Source: an uncultured archaeon
GTDB lineage: Archaea > Thermoproteota > Bathyarchaeia > Bathyarchaeales > Bathycorpusculaceae
Direction of reading: 5' to 3'
Assembly: GCA_963782915.1 (NCBI GenBank)
Contig: CAWALK010000022.1
Location: 128,001-192,000 of the forward strand
DNA length: 64,000 nt
Shown here: in pieces, positions 58,453 to 64,000 of the stretch
Position numbering within the stretch: the stretch's first letter is position 1
Layout of the letters: each line of letters opens with the position of its first letter
Made by a program: the position numbers and the translations under genes
The notes under the pieces: model-generated
Told to the model about the DNA's origin: nothing
Database searches by the model: none
What the model saw: only the letters and a program-made list of their open reading frames with translations

Positions 58453-60880
58453 ACGATTCATCTGCATACACGGCCACTTCTACCAGCCCCCCCGCGAAAA
58501 CCCATGGTTAGAAGAAGTAGAATTCCAAGAATCCGCCCAACCCTACCATGACTGGAACGAACGCGTAACCGCCGAATGCTACGCCCCAAATGTCGTCTCA
58601 CGCGTTATGGATTCAGATTGGCGCATAATCGGATTAATCAACAACTACACACGAATAAGCTTCAACTTCGGACCCACCCTTCTCTATTGGTTGGACAAAC
58701 ATAAGCCGAAAGTCTATGAGTCTATTCTAAGCGCCGATAAAGAGAGCATGAACAATTTTTCGGGGCACGGTTCAGCAATTGCTCAAGTTTACAATCATAT
58801 GATTATGCCGTTGGCTAATCGTCGGGATAAGGAAACGCAGGTGAAGTGGGCGATAAAAGATTTTGAGGTACGGTTCGGCAGGTTTCCTGAGGGTATGTGG
58901 CTGCCTGAAACGGCGGTAGATACGGAGTCACTTGAGGTTTTAGCAGAAAACGGAATAAAATTCACTATCCTTTCCCCTCATCAAGCGTTAAAGATGCGAA
59001 AGTTAGGCGAGGAAGAATGGGCTGATGTTTCTGTGAGCAAAATTGATCCAAGACGTAGCTACAAATGCAACTTGCCCTCTGGAAAGAGTATTAGTTTGTT
59101 CTTTTTTGATAGGCGAACTGCTAGCGACATTGCTTTTGGTAACCTGCTTGAGAATGGCGAAGCCTTTGCAAAGCGGCTTATCGAGTCGCTTAACGGCGAA
59201 AAAGACGAGGTCTTTATCGAGAGTGTGGCAAGCGACGGCGAACTCTACGGTCACCATCACCCACACGGCGATATGACGCTAGCATACTGCATCTACTATA
59301 TCGTCGCCAACGACACTGCCAAACTCACCAATTACGCCGAATACTTGGAAAAGCATCCACCGCAGCATGAGGTGCAAATTGCAGAGAACACTTCCTGGAG
59401 CTGCATACATGGCATAGAACGCTGGCGAAGCGACTGCGGCGACAACATGGGCCATGAAGGCTGGAAACAGGCTTGGCGCAAACCGCTAAGAGAAGCCATG
59501 GATTGGCTACGAGAAACCCTTGCACCTCATTTCGAAACAGACGCGGGACAATACCTCAATGACCCCTGGAATGCACGCAACGATTACAATACTGTAATTT
59601 TGGATCGCTCAAAAGAAAACATAGATGCCTTCCTATCAAGACACTCCAAAAAAGAACTAACCATAGAAGAAAAACGCCGAGTAATCAAACTACTCGAGAT
59701 GCAACGCCATGCTATGCTCATGTATACTAGTTGCGGCTGGTTCTTCGACGAAATCTCAGGCATCGAAACCGTGCAGGTAATGATGTATGCAGCACGAGCT
59801 ATACAACTAGCCGAGGAACTATTCGACATAGAACTCGAAAGCCAATACATCAAAATGCTAGAGCAAGCTCCAAGCAACATACCCGAATTCCAGAATGGCG
59901 CAAAAATCTACAACATATTCGTAAAACCCTCAGTCGTTGACTTCACCAAAATAAGTGCCCAGAACACAATCCGTGAACTCTTCGCCAAAAACAATCACTC
60001 AACTCCAACAACATCAAAGATACCCAACTGCTGTTTTAAAACAACCCCTGACATCATCGAAAAGTGGGATGACGGAAAATTCCGTTTCATCGTAAACCGC
60101 TCAACAATTTTTTCTTCCATCACCCTTGACGAACAAACCTTTAGTTGTGCAGCCATTTGGCTAGGCGACCACAATGTGACCTGCGGAGCCAGATTTGACA
60201 TGCAAAAGAAAGCTTTTCAATCAATGCGCAACAAACTTGTCGGATGCTTTGAGAAGGGGCAGATAAACGAAATAATTGTGGGGTTATCGCGATATTTTGG
60301 TAAAAATAATTATTCCCTCAAGGACCTTTTCAAAGATGACCAACGCTTTGTTCTCGATTACATCGTTGCTGATGGATTGAAGAAAGCTAAGGACCTCTAT
60401 GACATAGTTTACCATGATAATTCAGCGATGCTGCGTTTTATGAAAGAGAATCGTGTTCCATCTCCTAAACCGTTGCTGTCGGCGGCTGAAATAGTGCTTA
60501 ACATGGAGATAGAGCAACTGCTTTTAGCAGAAACCACTGATTTAGAGAGCCTTCATAAACTCATCAACGACTCTAAGCATCTCTCCGTAACGCTTGATTC
60601 TACCCTTATAGGCTTTCAAGCTAGCGAAAAAATAGCTGAGGAATTCAACAAGTTAGCTCAGGCACCAGAAAACCTTGAAATATTAAACAATATAACGGCT
60701 TTAATCCGCACGGTACGCGAGTTACCAGTGCAGCTTAATCTTTGGCAATCCCAAAACGTAGCCTTCAAAATAGCCCAAAATCAATACCAAACCATTAAAC
60801 AAAACATCGATGAATCTTCGCTAGCATGGGTTTCAGCGTTTGCAAAGTTATGTGACTTAATAGGGATACGGCTGGTGTGA
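58445..60880 (+). CDS. GH57 family glycoside hydrolase with DUF3536
   Basis: HGHFYQPPRENPW, GMWLPETAVD, DGELYGHH, SWSCIHGIERW, MYTSCGWFFDE. Confidence 0.92.
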   Translation: MAERFICIHGHFYQPPRENPWLEEVEFQESAQPYHDWNERVTAECYAPNVVSRVMDSDWRIIGLINNYTRISFNFGPTLLYWLDKHKPKVYESILSADKESMNNFSGHGSAIAQVYNHMIMPLANRRDKETQVKWAIKDFEVRFGRFPEGMWLPETAVDTESLEVLAENGIKFTILSPHQALKMRKLGEEEWADVSVSKIDPRRSYKCNLPSGKSISLFFFDRRTASDIAFGNLLENGEAFAKRLIESLNGEKDEVFIESVASDGELYGHHHPHGDMTLAYCIYYIVANDTAKLTNYAEYLEKHPPQHEVQIAENTSWSCIHGIERWRSDCGDNMGHEGWKQAWRKPLREAMDWLRETLAPHFETDAGQYLNDPWNARNDYNTVILDRSKENIDAFLSRHSKKELTIEEKRRVIKLLEMQRHAMLMYTSCGWFFDEISGIETVQVMMYAARAIQLAEELFDIELESQYIKMLEQAPSNIPEFQNGAKIYNIFVKPSVVDFTKISAQNTIRELFAKNNHSTPTTSKIPNCCFKTTPDIIEKWDDGKFRFIVNRSTIFSSITLDEQTFSCAAIWLGDHNVTCGARFDMQKKAFQSMRNKLVGCFEKGQINEIIVGLSRYFGKNNYSLKDLFKDDQRFVLDYIVADGLKKAKDLYDIVYHDNSAMLRFMKENRVPSPKPLLSAAEIVLNMEIEQLLLAETTDLESLHKLINDSKHLSVTLDSTLIGFQASEKIAEEFNKLAQAPENLEILNNITALIRTVRELPVQLNLWQSQNVAFKIAQNQYQTIKQNIDESSLAWVSAFAKLCDLIGIRLV

Positions 60881-63424
60881 CCTTGAAGGTGCCTATTGCA
60901 ACTTACCGCGTGCAACTGAATACGAACTTTACTTTTAGCGACCTTAAAGCTGTGTTGCCTTACCTGAGCCAATTGGGGATATCCAACGTTTATGCTTCGC
61001 CGATTTTTCAAGCAAAAAAAGGCAGTCTGCACGGCTACGATGTAACCGACCCGAATATAATCAGCGAGGAGTTGGGCGGTAAAGCAGGCTTCGATGACCT
61101 TATGAAAGAGGTTTCAGCCTATGGTTTGGGTTGGCTACAGGATATTGTACCAAATCACGCCTCGTATTCGTTAGAGAACAGGCGGATATGCGATGTATTA
61201 GCGAAAGGTGCTGATTCAGAGTATGCCTGCCTTTTTGATATTGACTTTGGCTATCCATCAGCCAAACTGTACGGTAAACTGCTAGCGCCTTTCCTGCTTA
61301 ATCCATACATGCGGAGTTTAAAACAGGGACAAATAACCCTCACCCATAACGATGATTTCAAAATAAAATTTAGCGATCTCGAGTTTCCAATTAACGCTCC
61401 AACTGCACAGCACTTAGAACTAAACGGCCCCGTACAGCAAACCCTTGAGAAATTCAACACCGACCCCCGATTCCTAAATGCATTACTCGCCAGACAATAC
61501 TACCGCCTTGCCCACTGGAAAGTTGCACTCAAACACATCAACTACCGCCGCTTTTTCGACGTTATCGACCTCATCGGCGTCCGTATGGAAAATCCTACGG
61601 CTTTCGAATGGGCCCACGGCTTAATTTTTGAGTTAGTCGCTTCGGGAGCATTTTCTGGGTTAAGGGTTGATCACATCGATGGTCTCTATGAACCTAAAGA
61701 GTACCTAAAAAAGTTGCGTGAACGCTGCCCTGATACTTATATGGTTGTAGAAAAAATATTATCTGATAAGGAGCAGTTGCCTGATGAGTGGCAGGTTGAA
61801 GGCACAACTGGCTATGACTTCACAGATTCTGTTAACAAATTATTCGTTAAAAGTTCTGCTCAACCAGAAATCGATGCCCTCTACAGGAACTTCACAGGCA
61901 ACAACCAGGCTTTCAGCGACCTCTTTACGAAGCAAAGAAAGCTGTAATCGAAGCCTCCTTTATGGGTGAAGTAGAGAACCTATCTCGACTGTTTAGCACC
62001 ACTTTGCAGAATCTGGGCTATAATGTAGCGTTTGAGCGTGACACTGTTGAAAGGGCTGTGGTGGAATTACTGGCTAACTTCCCAGTGTACCGAGCATACC
62101 TCGACGAGCAACATCAAGATGATACCTCTTTTAGGGTGGCGCTTGGGCTAGCCGAACAGCATAACCCGCAGCTAGCAGACGAATTCAAAGCATTAGAGTA
62201 TCTGCTAAGGGAAGCAAAAAACTCGCCTGAAGCATTAGCGGCGGTTATGCGTTTCCAGCAGTTCACAGGTGCCGTCATGGCTAAGGGCTTCGAAGACACC
62301 GCACTATATCGCTATACACGAATGCTTCGCTTAACGAGGTCGGTCAAGCCCGCCCAATTTGGTCTTTCTGTGCAGGAATTCCATGACTTTAACCGTGTGC
62401 GGCAGCAAAAGTGGCCTCTAACACTCAACGCCACAAGCACGCATGATACTAAGCGCGGGGAAGATGTGCGGGCAAGATTAAATGTGTTAAGTGAAATCCC
62501 CGATGAGTTCCGCGATAGCATTACAGTTTGGGCACAAGTTAACGCTGCCAAAAAAAGGCAAGTCAATGGCGTGGTTGCTCCTGATGGTAACGAGGAATAT
62601 TATCTCTATCAAACGCTCCTCGGCGCTTATCCATGGGGCAGTGGTGATGCAGAATTTGCACAGCGAATTAAACTGCATATGGTAAAGGCGCTGCGGGAAG
62701 CCAAAGTTCATACCAGTTGGCTCTCGCCCAACCTGCAATACGAAGAGGCAGTTACAACTTTTGTCTCAGAAATCCTTAAGCCAAAGCTTCTTGGACCGAT
62801 TTTTGCCCTTTCAAAAAAAAGTCGCCTTCTACGGCTGCTTCAATTCCCTTGCACAAACCATACTCAAAGCCACTTGCCCAGGCATCCCCGACTTCTATCA
62901 GGGAACCGAGCTTTGGGACCTGAACCTTGTTGACCCCGACAACCGTCAACCCATAAACTTCCAATTAAGGCAGGAAAATGCTAGCAGAAATCATCGAGTT
63001 AAAGCCAGCTAAAGCGCCAGAGCTTCTCCAGACTCCCGCCGATGGCCGAGTTAAGCTCTATGTAATTTACAAGATCCTCCAGTTACGGAGGAAATCGCGG
63101 GCGCTGTTTGAACAAGGTGACTACATCCCGTTAGCCGTGAAGGGTACGTATGCTGAGCATGTGGTTGCTTTCTGCAGAAAAAAAGAAAATGCCTACGCTA
63201 TCACAGTTGCCCTGCGTTTCCCAACAGCCTTGCATAATATCAATGAGAAAGGCAGCATCGTTGATTGGTCAGATACCTACATTAGCCTACCCGAGGGAAC
63301 ACCGACAAGATGGAACGAAACCTTCACCGATAGAACTATCATTTCATGCTGTGGACGATTGCCCCTTCGAGAAGTTCTAACTCAATTTCCAGTTGCACTG
63401 CTAACAAGTGATTTAAATGCTTAA
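60877..63424 (+). CDS. treY: Malto-oligosyltrehalose synthase; at least three frameshifts
   Basis: ATYRVQ, HGYDV, DIVPNH, NYRRFFD, RVDHIDGL, KGFEDT, STHDTKRGEDVRAR, PDFYQGTE, LVDPDNR over four ORFs. Confidence 0.93.
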
Positions 63425-64000
63425 CCGCCAAAGAGCCAGCGGCATACTGCTCCATATTACTTCGTTGCCCTCAGCTTTTGGAATGGGATTCAGGACCAGA
63501 AAGCTACCGCTTTGCAGATTTGCTGGCTGCCTATAAGCAGCACTACTGGAGCATCCTGCCGCTTTCTCCTACACGCCTTGAAGATGGGAATTCACCGTAT
63601 CAAACCAGCACCGCTTTTGCAGGAAATCCAATGCTGATTAGCTCCGAGTTACTCTTCGAAGATGGGTTTCTACCAAAGGCGAGCGTGAAAACCTCAGAGA
63701 AGCCTTCTGATAGTGTTGACTTTAAAATTGTTTATCCAATAAAGGAAGCCTTCATCCAAAAAGCATACGCTGCTTCAAAAGAACTGGGCTCCAAGCATTA
63801 GAGTTTAAAGCTTTCTGCGACCAAAACGAAAGTGGCTAAACGATTATGCCCTCTATGTTGTGCTCAGGAAAAAAGCAGGAAGCCTTGGCGGAGTGGCTCC
63901 CTTCCCTGCGGCAGCGAGACAAAAAGCGCTTGCAAGAAAGCAGCAATTGCTAGCTCAAGATTGAGGAAACCAAGTTTGTGCAATACCTCTTCTTTAGCCA
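63417..64000 (+). CDS. malQ: 4-alpha-glucanotransferase (GH77), 5' part, frameshifted, truncated by window end
   Basis: RASGILLHITSLPS, WSILPLSP, SPYQ..AFAGNP, WLNDYALY. Confidence 0.9.

Noticed and set aside
410-64000. Many split genes (propeller-GT, DUF359, MFS, M32, DUF996-like, cdc6, ahcY, treY, malQ) as pseudogenes or programmed frameshifts
   Set aside because: The breaks are scattered single-base indels that also hit essential genes, with motifs otherwise intact and no shared slippery site. Uncorrected read error is the simpler explanation.

Overview
Archaeal chromosomal window, most likely Bathyarchaeia. This is inferred from PolD DP1+DP2 with Elf1, Spt4, CofD, Fae-Hps and GGGP synthase. 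It carries core genes (rps3ae, serS, the rps6e-eIF2gamma-rpoE-spt4-rps24e-rps27ae cluster, rpl3-4-23-2-rps19, tmk, nadE, pyrE, ahcY), tRNA-Glu, a trehalose/glycogen cluster, and a probable replication origin (ORB boxes around an AT-rich element) upstream of orc1/cdc6. Many genes, including essential ones, carry single-base frameshifts that look like assembly errors. The best candidate for an undescribed system lies just left of the origin: three uncharacterised predicted DNA-binding proteins (a Tfx-like HTH, a membrane-anchored coiled-coil winged-helix protein and a small winged-helix protein). They are interleaved with dense ATCAC and TGTGAA repeat arrays, partly phased at about 10.5 bp, suggesting a centromere-like origin tethering or segregation module. 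Other highlights are a family of degenerate ~130-200 bp intergenic repeats (about 10 copies), an HTH-fused Fae-Hps enzyme, a radical SAM enzyme with a large Cys/His-containing extension, and genes apparently starting at ATT or ATC. All assignments come from reading the sequence by eye; no searches were run.
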